Below are positions 1 through 12,000 of a stretch of 64,000 nt of DNA, piece by piece; position 1 is the first letter of the stretch; each line of letters begins with the position of its first letter. The translations under genes were made by a program, and so were the position numbers. The stretch is from Ranitomeya imitator (Eukaryota), in NCBI RefSeq assembly GCF_032444005.1, contig NC_091290.1:20646001-20710000 (forward strand), written 5' to 3'. The notes under the pieces were generated by a model, which was given only the letters and a program-made list of their open reading frames with translations, was not told where the DNA came from and did not search any database.

Positions 1-439
1 GAGTATTTTATTAACAGCAGGCGGGCGCACAAGGGGTGGGAGGGGGGTGGGGACAGGGATCTTTATTTAAAACACGAAAATACAAAAAAAAAAAAGGATT
101 TTTCATATCTTCTTTCCAGCAAACGCTGCTGCAGAGAAGATATGAATAGCGGCTTTAGCACCAGATGCAGGGGACAGCGCTTATCTCTAGCGCTGTCTCC
201 TGCATGCTCTGTGTGGTACCCAGTCGGCACACGGGCGGCACACGTGTGCGGCACGTGTGCCACGCGGATGGCCTACGTGAGCTCACGGACACGGATAACT
301 CTGGTACCGATTTTTTCGGTACCGGAATTATCTGGACGTGTGAGACTGGCCTTATGGTGTCTAATGAAAAAACAGTAACTTTATGATGATATATACACTT
401 TCAGCTGTTTGCGGGAAGCTGAAGGCGAGGGACATGACC

Positions 440-783
440 AAACACCGGAATGTAAGTATGTAGTGTTTGCTTTTTTACATTTACAACGGTAACCAGGGTA
501 AAAATCGGGTTACTAAGCGCGGCCCTGCGCTTAGTAACCCGATATTTACCCTGGTTACCAGTGACGACATAGCTGAATCGGCATCACACACGCCGATTCA
601 GCGATGTCAGCAGGAGATCCAGCGACAAAATAAAGTGCTGGACTTTCCCCAGCGACCAACGATCTCCCAGCAGGGGCCTGATCGTTGGTCGCTGTCACAC
701 ATAACGATTTAGCTAACGATATCGTTGGTACGTCACAAAAAGCAACGATATCGTTAACGATATCGCTATGTGTGACGGTACCC
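440..783. mobile_element. Partial MITE with a long internal hairpin
   Basis: Ends gtgtgacggtaccc|tta; near-perfect hairpin ~487-558; left boundary approximate. Confidence 0.7.
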
Positions 784-978
784 TTACAGTTAAGTGTTTG
801 GATTTTGGGAATTTTCATTTGCATTTTTAAAAAAAACAATTATTCCCTCCTTCACAAAATGAATGTACAGTACATGAAATGGAAAAGCAGTTGATTGTGA
901 ATAGCAAGCTTGCTGTTTCTGTCTGACACTGATTTCAGATTTTTTTTTGTGGATTGCTGCTGCTTCCTAGTGCATTAA

Positions 979-2243
979 CTCCTTAAAGGGACACTGTCAC
1001 CTGAATTTGGAGGGAACAATTTTTAGCCATGGAGGCGGGGTTTTTAGGTGTTTGATTCACCCTTTCCTTACCCGCTGGCTGCATGCTGGCTGCAATATTG
1101 GATTGAAGTTCATTCTCTGTCCACCATAGTACACGCCTGCGCAAGGCAAGATTGCACCTTGTGCAGGCATGTACGACGGAGGACAGAGAATGAACTTCAA
1201 TCCAATATTGCAGCCAGCATGCAGCCGGCGGGTAAGGAAAGGGTGAATCAAACACCCAAAAACCCCGCCTCCATGGCTGAAGATTGTTCCCTCCAAATTC
1301 AGGTGACAGTGTCCCTTTAATGACCGCTAATATGTCTTTTTACTGACCTGAGATATAAGAGAATAGCCTCCCCATACAGGTGACAATCCAGCAGCTGTCG
1401 GTTGTACACTATAGCTGACAACTTGCTGCATCAGCCACGATCGGTGTTGGCACCGTCCATGTCTTTTTAACCCCTTAGATGCTGCTGTCAATAGTGACTA
1501 CATCATATAAATGGTTAACAGTGTGTGAGTGCTTCCTTTTTAACCCCATCGGCACCCTGAGATCATGATTGTGTGGTCCTGATGTTTGCCATGGTAGTCA
1601 CGGCCAAATAACGGCCTTAGAGTCTGCCGGCCACAGTGGCCTGTTCAGAAGTTATCAACATTTAGGTGGTAAAAATAAACTTTTTCATTCCTGAAAAGCA
1701 TCTGAAGGGTTAATAAACTACTTGATAGCAGTTTTCAATATTTCGAGGGGTGCTGTTTTTAAAATGGTATCATTTTGGGGGGTTTTCCAATATATAGGAC
1801 CCCCAAAGTAATTTCAAACCTGGATAGGTCCCTAAAAAAAGAAATTGAGTAAATTTTCTTGAAAAAAATAAAAAATGACTTCTACATTTTTAAACCTCCT
1901 AAAATGCGAACAAAATAAACGACTATTTTACAAATGGTGCTGATGTAAAGCAGACATGAGAGAAATGTTATTTACTAATGTTTTCATATGGTATGACTAT
2001 CTGGATTAAATCATTCAAAGTTTGAAAATTGCTATTTTTTTTTTTACATTTCTATCAAATTTCTAATATTTTTTCTATAAATAAATACAAAACATATCAA
2101 CCTTAATTTACCATTATCATAAAATAGAATGTGACATGAAAAATAGTCTCAGAATTAGTGGGATCAGTTGAAGCGTTCCAGAGTTATTACCTCATTAAGT
2201 GACAGTAGTCAGAATTGTAAAATTTGGCTTGGTCACTAAGGGG
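979..2243. mobile_element. piggyBac-like non-autonomous element
   Basis: TTAA-c(t)cctt...taagggg-TTAA ends; reverse-complement homologue of 43689-44644. Confidence 0.7.
987..1316. mobile_element. TTAA-flanked foldback MITE (T2-MITE-like)
   Basis: agggacactgtcacctgaatttggaggg ... ccctccaaattcaggtgacagtgtccct; TTAA on both sides; inverted over its whole length. Confidence 0.88.
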
Positions 2244-3003
2244 TTAAAAATGAAGAAATAAAAATGTATACCGTAATTGCATTTCAAATTCAGCAGGAAT
2301 TTTTGCTTTTTTTTCTACAATATAACTATTTTTATTGTACATCATACATTCAGCAAGATGAATGCCATATACACCATATCACTGAACAATCACACTGAAT
2401 TTGGCCCCTCTGCTGTAACCTCCCCTAGTTTGCTCTCTCCTCTCACATCTATTGAATCTCCTCTGTATAAGGCTGTTGGTCTCAGCTGTCAATCTTTAGT
2501 AGCGCACTTCCCTAGGCAAGCATGAACCCAGAGAGTAGCGCACTCCCGAAGATATTGGACTAGAATAACCCTTGAAAGTGTATTTTCAACTTTGAACACT
2601 GTCTATAGTTTGTACATAGAATATTTTTTCAAAGGTTGCGTTAATTACAGAATCTTGTACAGCTTGCATTAGACCCTACAGTTACATGTACTTCTCTTCT
2701 CTTCTCATTTTAATGCCAACAGAAAGCTTGTTGCTACACTCCTATGATATGGAGGGGCATTTACTTATGTTTTTACATGAAATTATTCAGGATTTTCCAT
2801 ATTTTTTAGGCTCGGGTCACCTCTGGGGAAAAATAATACCTCTTCGCAACCCTATTAGATAATTTTATCCAAATGGCCCAATTGCCTAAAAAGCACAATA
2901 CACATTACCTAAAAATTATAGAAAATTCTTTTTTTTGTTAGCTGTTAGCAACAGAATCTTACTGTACTCCTCGCCGTACTGTGTGAACTTTTAAAGCACT
3001 TAC

Positions 3004-3099
3004 CCTCGACCCTCTTTCGATATCACGTTTGTGGAAATATTTTTCGGATCTTCCTGAATTTCTCTTACACAGCTGATTTCTTCAAGTTCACAATTTAAT
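3004..3099 (-). CDS. Cytoplasmic exon L3 (96 nt, phase 2-2)
   Basis: tttccttgcag|A...GG|gtaagt; [31 protein letters not shown]. Confidence 0.8.
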
Positions 3100-6000
3100 C
3101 TGCAAGGAAAACTCAGGTTGATCTTACAAAAAAACACAACAGCTAAAAACTAGTAAAAAGAAACGATTCCTACACAATAGACACTACCTATAAATCACTG
3201 TCGGTTATTAGCGTCAGAATCTTGACCACAATGTGTGAACTTGTCTTTGTACTCACCCCCAACTCTCTTTCGATTTCATGTTTGTGGGAATCTTTGTTGG
3301 TTTATCCTGGAATTCTGTCTCACAGTTTAGTTGTTCAGGTTCACTGTTCAACCTGAAAGAAGGACTTGAGTCAGATTGTTACTTTTCACCCATACTCTGT
3401 ATTCAAGAGTTTTACTCCTGATTATCTACACCCTGTATTTTAAATGGGTTCTCCCAGAATGTGATAAAAATGGCCCGGTCACATGATTCAAACTTAGCCC
3501 ATTTATTTTACTTTAAAGAATAAAAAGGGAGTGGTGTAAGTGGTTTTTGCACAACTATTCTAACACCACATGAGGTAGAAATGTATATATCATTAGAAAA
3601 TTGCATACGAAAATCAATTTTTACATTAAAGTTTGTTGATTTTATCTTTTTTTATGTAGTGAGCCACCAGAATACACACATGAGATCAACACATCACTTT
3701 TTGGCCAGTGAGTCCTACTTCACCCCCCACCCAATACATACATTGATTGACAAATGTCCTGCATGAGTTTATACACAGGTTAAGCCGCTACACCGCTTGA
3801 TTTCTTATTTTTCAGCTGTAACTCACCTCTCCTCCTCTTCAGTATTGCCATTTTCATTTTTATGGTGGTCACTGCGTGTTTAAAAATTACATCTTTATTT
3901 TGCAGGTCAGTGTGACTACATTTACACTAAACTTATATGCTATAGTTTTTTTTTTGTTTTCTACATTTAGACAATAATAAACTTTAAAAAAAAGAAAAAA
4001 ATGTTTTATGCCACCATATTCCGTGATCTATACTTTTTTATTTTTCCATCAGTGGAATTGTGTACATGTACCATTTTGGTGTACATACAGTCTTTTACTG
4101 CTTATTATTCAATTTTAGAAGCAGACAATGTAACCAGAATAATACTATTCTATTTAAATAGCTCTGAGGTTTTTTTTAGATGCCACGTTGCCCGTTATTT
4201 TTTATTTTTCATGTACATTTTTTTTACAAATTGGAAACAGGAGTCGAATCAAACGTTTTTTTTTAGTCACACTACATATCTTTAATCCTCTTTTACTTGG
4301 TAGGACAATACACTGCAAAACTTATATTGCAGCGTAAATTCTTTACAGTGATCTTCTATTAAAGGGTTATTCCATGGGAAAACATCTCACACAGGGAGAC
4401 AGTAGGAAAAAACTGTAGCAAAACTTATGGTGATAACACTATGTATAGCATTGATAACCCCAAGATCCGATATACATGTACACTTGTAAAAACTGCTGAA
4501 AGTGTATATATCATCATAAAGTTACTGTTTTTTCATTAGACACCATAATGCACATTTCTTTAGCTTACGGTCACCCCCAGTAGAGAATGAGAATTTACCT
4601 CTGGGCAACCGTAATTATATACAAATGACAAAGAATATGTACAAACACAATTCACAATACCTATAAATAAGTATTAGAATCTTACTTTGTCTATGGCATA
4701 ATGTGTGACCTCGTTCTACTTACCCCTTACGCTCTCTTGATTTTTTACTTGTAGAAATCTTTGATGGTTCGGCTTTTGCTTGACTCAATAAGACAGGGCT
4801 TTTGCAGCTGAGTTCTTTAAGTTCACAGTTCAACCTGCAAGAAGAACTGAAGTTGATCTCAGAAAAGACAAATGACCAGGACTTATTTGTGATTTTTTAA
4901 GTCACCTTTCTTTTTTTACATTGTTGATTTTATTTTGCTGAAATGATTTAGGCCAATTTAATCAAAATGATACACGTGGTTAATTAATGTTGCGCAAAAT
5001 AAAATAAATGCCCTTTATTTTTTTGTCTTTAACCTGTTTGGTGACTTTCCAGCACAAAAAAAATGCATGTTCCACTAAAATTATGGCATGCATAAAATCG
5101 CTCCGAAGTGGGAATGGAGTACATTTGCGACAAATATGGCAATTTTTCATAAAAGTCGCAAATTATGAAACAGCTAAAAACATTAAGAAACACTAAACTG
5201 AAAAACAGGCAAACACACCAAAAAGTAGGCCAAAAAGTCACAAATATTGTATCAGGTCCAAACTACCGTATTTAAAAAAAAAAGTAATACATAATATATA
5301 TAAATCACTGTTAACATAAAAAATGAGCCACCGACCCGCTGAATATAAAATTAACAAACTGCTCAGCTTGAGTATAAAATCAGTTACACTACTCCCTGAA
5401 TATAAAACTAAGCAGTGGAGCTTCCACAATATAAAATAAAGTCACTTATTCTGCCTTCTGAATATAAAAATGAATCATATGTGCCCCCTGAATATACAAT
5501 TAAACCACTGTGCCCCTGAATATAAAATAAGCAACTATTGTTAGGACTAGCGGAACGCACCAAATAATAAGACAGATAGAGTATGGTGCGTTCGCAGCCC
5601 GGGGTCCACCGTGCAGAGATGGAACCTGCTGCCAAGTAATGACGGACTATATGGCGGTACAAAGAATACACACACGGGTTAATCTCACCCTGTGTGAAGG
5701 AAGCGAACCCCGTTGCGTCACAGGGCCGCGGTACCGCACCAAGAGCGCAAGCAAGGAGTCTCAGAACTCAATCACAAGACACAGGATTTGAGTACATAGA
5801 CCTCATGCGCTCGACACCGCTACTGGGGTGTCCGAGTGACAGCAATAGAAGCACGAGAGTGCATGCAGTGCCGCACTGGCGAACGCCACTAACCACCCAG
5901 GCTTGGGTCGGGAAAGCGCTGTGAAAGCGCACGGCACCGCACTGGCGGTCACAGCAATAAGACGCTGTATTGTGTGTTTACGTGCTGATGGCTAAGTCGG

Positions 6001-9000
6001 GCGCTAGATAGCAATCCTTCATTCGCGACCAGTCAACAACACTAGGAATGGGAATGATTTAGGAGCTTACATCCATCGACACACACACACATTATCAAGT
6101 CTATACTAGCGCATGGCCGTGCGGTCATGCGCAGCTTATATAGTTGCAGCACGTTCAGGACCTTCCAATAAAGGTCCAATGGGAAGCTGCTACCGAAGTT
6201 TTGCCCTTTCAGGACCTTCCTGGAGGACCAATGAGATGTGCTGCAGTACCTGAGCATGTGACCCTCGATCTCCAATGGGAGATCTTGCCCTGGGCATGCT
6301 CAGAAAGAGAAAAGCAGGACTTAGCCCCAAAAGCATCTGCTCGCCGCTGCCCAACACTGACTTCAATGGCAGAAGCAGGAAAAGCAGCAGTAACTCTTTG
6401 TACAGAGTGATACTGAGCAAGACGCTGGGAACGATGTCTCTGCTGAGCAGACTCTACTGCGGCAGGAGAAGAATGGGAGACCGCTGCAGAGATGGCTCGA
6501 GAGTCCCCCTGTGCAGAAGTGGGAACTCGACACCTAACAACTATACCCACTAAATAAAAAAAGCAGCTTTGCCCCTTCAATACAAAAATTAAGTCACTGT
6601 GTCAATTAGGATAAGTAATATCCAGGTTAGAAAATTACACAAAAAAGTTTTTCAACCTAAATGTTTGTTGTGGGTTTTATTTATTTATTTATTTTATAAA
6701 ACTAGCCAACACAATGTACTTGACTTTACTGAACATGTTTCTGTGAGCCATAATTCCCCTGGCCATGTACAATGTCTTGTGCATGCATTTGTATACGTAT
6801 ACAAAAAGACACATATTATATTGTACATTATTTTTTTCTTTTACAGTTACAGTTACTCACCTCTCCTCCTCTCCAGCATTGTTGATTTTTAGTATAGACG
6901 GAACACTGTGTGGTGCAAAAAAAATGACACGTTAGCTTTCTTCTGCAATCAGTATAATTACTCTACATTTATATGCTGTCGTGTATGTGTTATTTCCTAC
7001 ATTTCAGACAATAAAACACATATAAAAGAATAGTTTGGTCTGTGTCCTATAATTTTATATTTTTTTATTGTTGAAGCTGTTTGAAAGCTTCTTATTCTTT
7101 TGCAGAGCAAGCTGTCTTTTTTTACTTGTACCATATTTGGGTACATGCAGGTTTTTGATCACTTATTATTCAATGTTTTGACAAGCAATGTGGCAAAAAA
7201 AATAATAATGATCTTATATTTAATTTAGTTCAGGCTTTTATGGATGCCACGGTACTGGTTATTTTTTATATATATTTTTATTTGACAAATTGGAAAATGT
7301 GGTTGAATGAAATATTTTTTTTCTAGTTCCACCAGAGGTCTTAACCCTGTGATTGTTGTATTGCTAGGACAACAAGCTGCAAAACTTCTCTGTCACAGCG
7401 TATATTGCTTATAGATGATCTCCCGTTAATGGGTTATTCTGAACTAAGCAAATTATAATCTATCCTAAACCATTAACAGAACTCTGAAATGCCACCAAGA
7501 CACCACCCCTGTAACATGCAGCCCTTTACTCACTAACATCACCACAATTTATGACTGTGACCCCTCATGGATTAGTCTTCACCTTTTCAATTATCTGAAA
7601 TATTTGTTTATTACGTGGGATTCCTTGAGTCTTTACATTTGGATCACAGAAAAAAATGCATTATCAAACAATTGTGATAAATAAGTCTGATTTTACCTTT
7701 TTTTCCGCCGTAATCCGATAGCAGCGAGTACAACGGCGGCAACAAAAACTACTACAGCTCCTACTATGATGCCTAAAATTAAAATTTATGACAAAACAAA
7801 AATGAACACACATATATACTGTTATACAACAGTATAGAAATATCAAGTTACTTGTATCAGAAGTCAGGATACCATTCTGTTTTAATGGAGATACTTCATA
7901 CATACAAATTGGAGAAGTGATACTTATATCAGTATATGAACATAAATATTTTAAATATGGTATCTTAAGGTCGGTAACCCACAGTCTTAAGGAGCCCACA
8001 CACGTTAGACAGTAGTTGGCCAAAAACCTTCAATCTTTAGCTATTAGTGATGAGTGAGTATGCTTGTTACTCGAGATTTCCGAGTATGTTCGGGTGATCT
8101 CCGAGTATTTTGGGCGTACTCAGAGATTTAGTATGTGTCGCCACAGCTGCATGATTTGTGGCTGCTAGACAGCCTGAATACATGTGGGGGTTGCCTGTTT
8201 GTTAGGGAATCCCCACATGTGTTCAGGCTGTCTAGCAACCGCATATCATGCAGCTGCGGCGACACAAACTAAATCTCAGAGCATGCCCAAAATACTCGGA
8301 GATCACCCGAACATACTCGGAAACCTTGAGTAATGAGCATACTCGCTCATCACTAATCATTATCTCAGATGCCTGTTACCTTTATAGAGATTTTGTTGTG
8401 TTATTAAAGATTGTTGCCTCTCAGTGAGTTAAGACATATTAAACTGTTTCTGGTGCCCATTTATGTTTTGCAAATTTATCTAATGAAGGCAACTGTGTTC
8501 ATACTACTTAAAAGGGCACACCACCGATAGTGTGCACCCAGCCATACTGATTATATGTAGTGATGAGCGAGTGTGCTCATTACTCGGGTTTTCCGAGCAT
8601 GCTCGGATGGTCTCTGAGTATTTTGAGCATGCTCATAGATTGTTTGAGTCACTGCGCTGCATGATTTGCAGCTGCTAGACAGTCTGAATACATGTGGGGA
8701 TACCCTAACAAACAGACAATCCCTACATGTATTCAAGCTGTCTAGCAGCCGCAAATCATGCAGCTGTGGTGACTCAAACAATCTCTGAGCATGCCCAAAG
8801 TACTCGGAGACCACGCGAGCATGCGTGGAAAACCCGAGTAACGAGTACACTCGCTCATCACTAATTATATGGCCTAATGCCTAACTTACTCTAGAAATGT
8901 GACTTCTCAGAGAATTGTCTACAAAGGATACATTTTTACCTACTTCTCAGCTGAGAGTAGGACTACCTATGGACTCATTTTCTGCCTCTGATTGTTTACT

Positions 9001-12000
9001 GACAGTTAATCAGAAGTTACAGGTTTACAAATATAGATAGTGGGGAAATTGGAAATACAAAATACATCAGAAAGTTACTGAACTTTTCCCTTATACTAAG
9101 AGTAAGCTTTATTTATAGGAAATCAATAAATACTTTTAATGGTAGTGCTATATATAGGCAAATGTTTGCTGAAGGCCCGGGGTCACACGAGCAATGATTC
9201 TCTCATGCAAGAGAATCAGCTCGAGGATGCTAATGACACTTGTTTCAAACTCGGCTAGTGTGATCCAATTCTATTGCATGAAAGAATCGACTTGAGAAAA
9301 AATATCATATCTGCATTGTCCCATAGAATAACATTGGTCCAAGTGCTATCCGATAAAACATATCATGTGCCCTTATAAATATAATATCTACAGCAGTGAA
9401 GCAAAAGAAATGCCTCCTATATCTGTGAAAACCACAATTAATAGAGATATGTAACTATCATGTACCTGTATAAGAAGTTTTCTCATTGCCGATTGTTGAG
9501 ACTTTATTAAGGGATGTGTTGTTTGTCGTAGTTGGTACAGAGAAAGGACCCATGTAGCTTGTGAAAGATGCCAGAGATTGTTCTTCATTGATGATGTCAG
9601 TGTTTGGGTCATACCTAATTTCATTAAAGCCAGCAATGCAAACTCTGAAAATTAATAGATGATTATAATAATTAGTATAGTCAGTTAAAGGAGCAACAAA
9701 GCAAAGCATCACATTTTATATAATAATGTATTTTGGTACTTCTCAGTCATCAGAGTGGGTTCAAGGCACCCCCTTTAAATTAATCCACTGTTCAAATATA
9801 TGAAATATACATGTGTATGTATGTATACAGTATATAAAGTATAATTTTTTTTATATATGCAGTGGAAAAGTGTATATATTGTACCCGTGTTAAGATGCTA
9901 GGTGTTTGTAATATATATACAAAAAAATCAAGAATTATTTCAGAACTTTTACCACCTTTAATGTCAACCATAATCTGTACAATTCAATTGAAAAATAAAT
10001 TGAATTTTTTTGAGGTGGAAAAATAAAATGCAAAAATAATGTGATTGCATACTGTACATATGCATACCCTTAGGCCTGTTTCACAAGTCTTGATATTTCT
10101 GTTACTGGGAAAACCAGTACTGGAGATATCCGTGGTCCGTGTGTGGCATACATATGGCATCCGTGTGCTAGCTGTGTGCCGCATCAGCATCAAACGTACC
10201 AGCACCTGGAAATCAGCGGTAGAGTTTGCACTGTTCCCCGGCTCCAGGTGCTTTGGGCAAATCTTTTCATTGTCCCCTGCTCACGCTGTGATCAGCGCGA
10301 GCAGGGGACAATGTTGAGAGTTGTATTCAGCCCCTGCTATCTACATCAAGTATAAAAAAAGAATAAAATTTAAAAAAACCAATATCCCTCACCTGTCCAA
10401 AGTTGAAAGAATCCATAGTGTCCCACGTTGTAATCCATCTGTGCTACATTTGCTCATCACCATGAGCGGTGGCATGATGCAACCGTTCATGTTGAAGAGC
10501 AAAGGAGAATGATGCGATGCAGAGAGAGTGGGCCCCTGGACCCTAACCCTAGCCCCAACCCTAACCCTATCACTAAGCCCAACACATAGCCCTAACCCTA
10601 GCTCCAACCCTAACCCTAATGGAAAAAAATACAATTTTTAAAATTTTATTATTTTTACCCAACTAAGGGGGTGATAAAGGGGGTTTGATTTACTATTTTT
10701 TGTACTTTGATCATTGTGATAGGATCTATCACAGGGATCAAAATGGAAGAAGATGCCGAGGACCGTGGGATGCAGGAGGTGCCTCAGGTTCCAGGGGGCT
10801 CGGGGTACCCCATTTCTGTCTCCTTTGATGTGTTAGATCATATCAAAGGAGAGAGAAATAAATGGGAAGTCAGACTTGTTTTTTTCGGTTGCTGCTATTC
10901 TGTGAAGTGCCTAGCAGCCAGGCAACCCCCACATGTACTCAAGCTGTCTAGCAGCCGTAAATCATGCAGCTGCGTCAACAAAAATGAAATCTCCAAGCAC
11001 TCACAAATACTCGGAGACCACCCGAGCGTGCTCAGGAAAATCCAACGAGTATTCTCGCTCATCACTAGTAACGCTCAATAATAAGGTCCCTTTTCTGTTT
11101 TGTAAGTTGATGAGCCAGCTGTCAATCTGTGTCGGGGCGTGGTTATAGCTGCCACTCACAGTGTACTAAGCTTTGACTTAAAGGGAACCTGTCACCCCGA
11201 AAATCGCGGGTGAGGTAAGCCCACCGGCATCAGGGGCTTATCCACAGCATTCTGTAATGCTGTAGATAAGCCCCCGATGTTACCTGAAAAAGGAGAAAAA
11301 GATGTTATATTATACTCACCCAGGGGCGGTCCCGCTGCTGGTCAGGTCGGATGGGCGTCTCTGGTCCGCTGCGGCGCCTCCCATCTTCTTTCCATGACAT
11401 CCTCTTCTGATCTTCAGCCACGGCTCCGGCGCAGGCGTACTTTGCTCTGCCCTATTGAGGGCAGAGGATAGTACTGCAGTGCGCAGGCGCCGGAAAGGTC
11501 AGAGGCCCGGCGCCTGCGCACTGCAGTACTTTGTCTGCCCTCAACAGGGCAGAGCAAAGTACGCCTGCGCCGGAGCCGTGGCTGAAGATCAGAAGAGGAC
11601 GTCTTGGAATGAAGATGGGAGGCGCCGCAGCGGACCAGAGACGCCCATCTGACCTGACCAGCAGCGGGACCGCCCCTGGGTAAGTATAATATAACGTCTT
11701 TTTCTCCTTTTTCATGTAACATCGGGGGCTTATATACAGCATTACAGAATGCTGTAGATAAGCCCCTGATGCCGGTGGGCTTACCTCACCCACGATTTTC
11801 GTGGTGACAGGTTCCCTTTAAGCAGCACCTCTATTACTCAAAGCCACAGGCTGCCGCAAGGAATAAAATGTTATCCTGGTAGCCAGGCTTTCAGTGTGGC
11901 TTATGGGCACTTCAGAATGCTATTAACTTGCTGATTAACCCCATATCTATAGGCTAATAGCATTTTTTTATATCACAGCTTCCCTTTAACCTCTTTCCCA

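Noticed and set aside
2963-2978. 16-nt microexon flanked by AG and gtaag
   Set aside because: It needs a 25-nt upstream intron and shifts the frame; similar sequence is intronic after L1 and L2.
3004-6905. ITIM/ITAM signalling motifs in the tail
   Set aside because: The predicted tail contains no tyrosine.
10535-10625. Telomere-like (CCCTAA)n/(TTAGGG)n runs (also ~25310-25410, ~57905-57960)
   Set aside because: Degenerate and located inside MITE or piggyBac-like elements, so not evidence of interstitial telomeres or chromosome fusion.
11277-11793. Overlapping ORFs on both strands (also 983-1320, 54083-54616)
   Set aside because: Produced by the palindromic structure of GC-rich MITEs.
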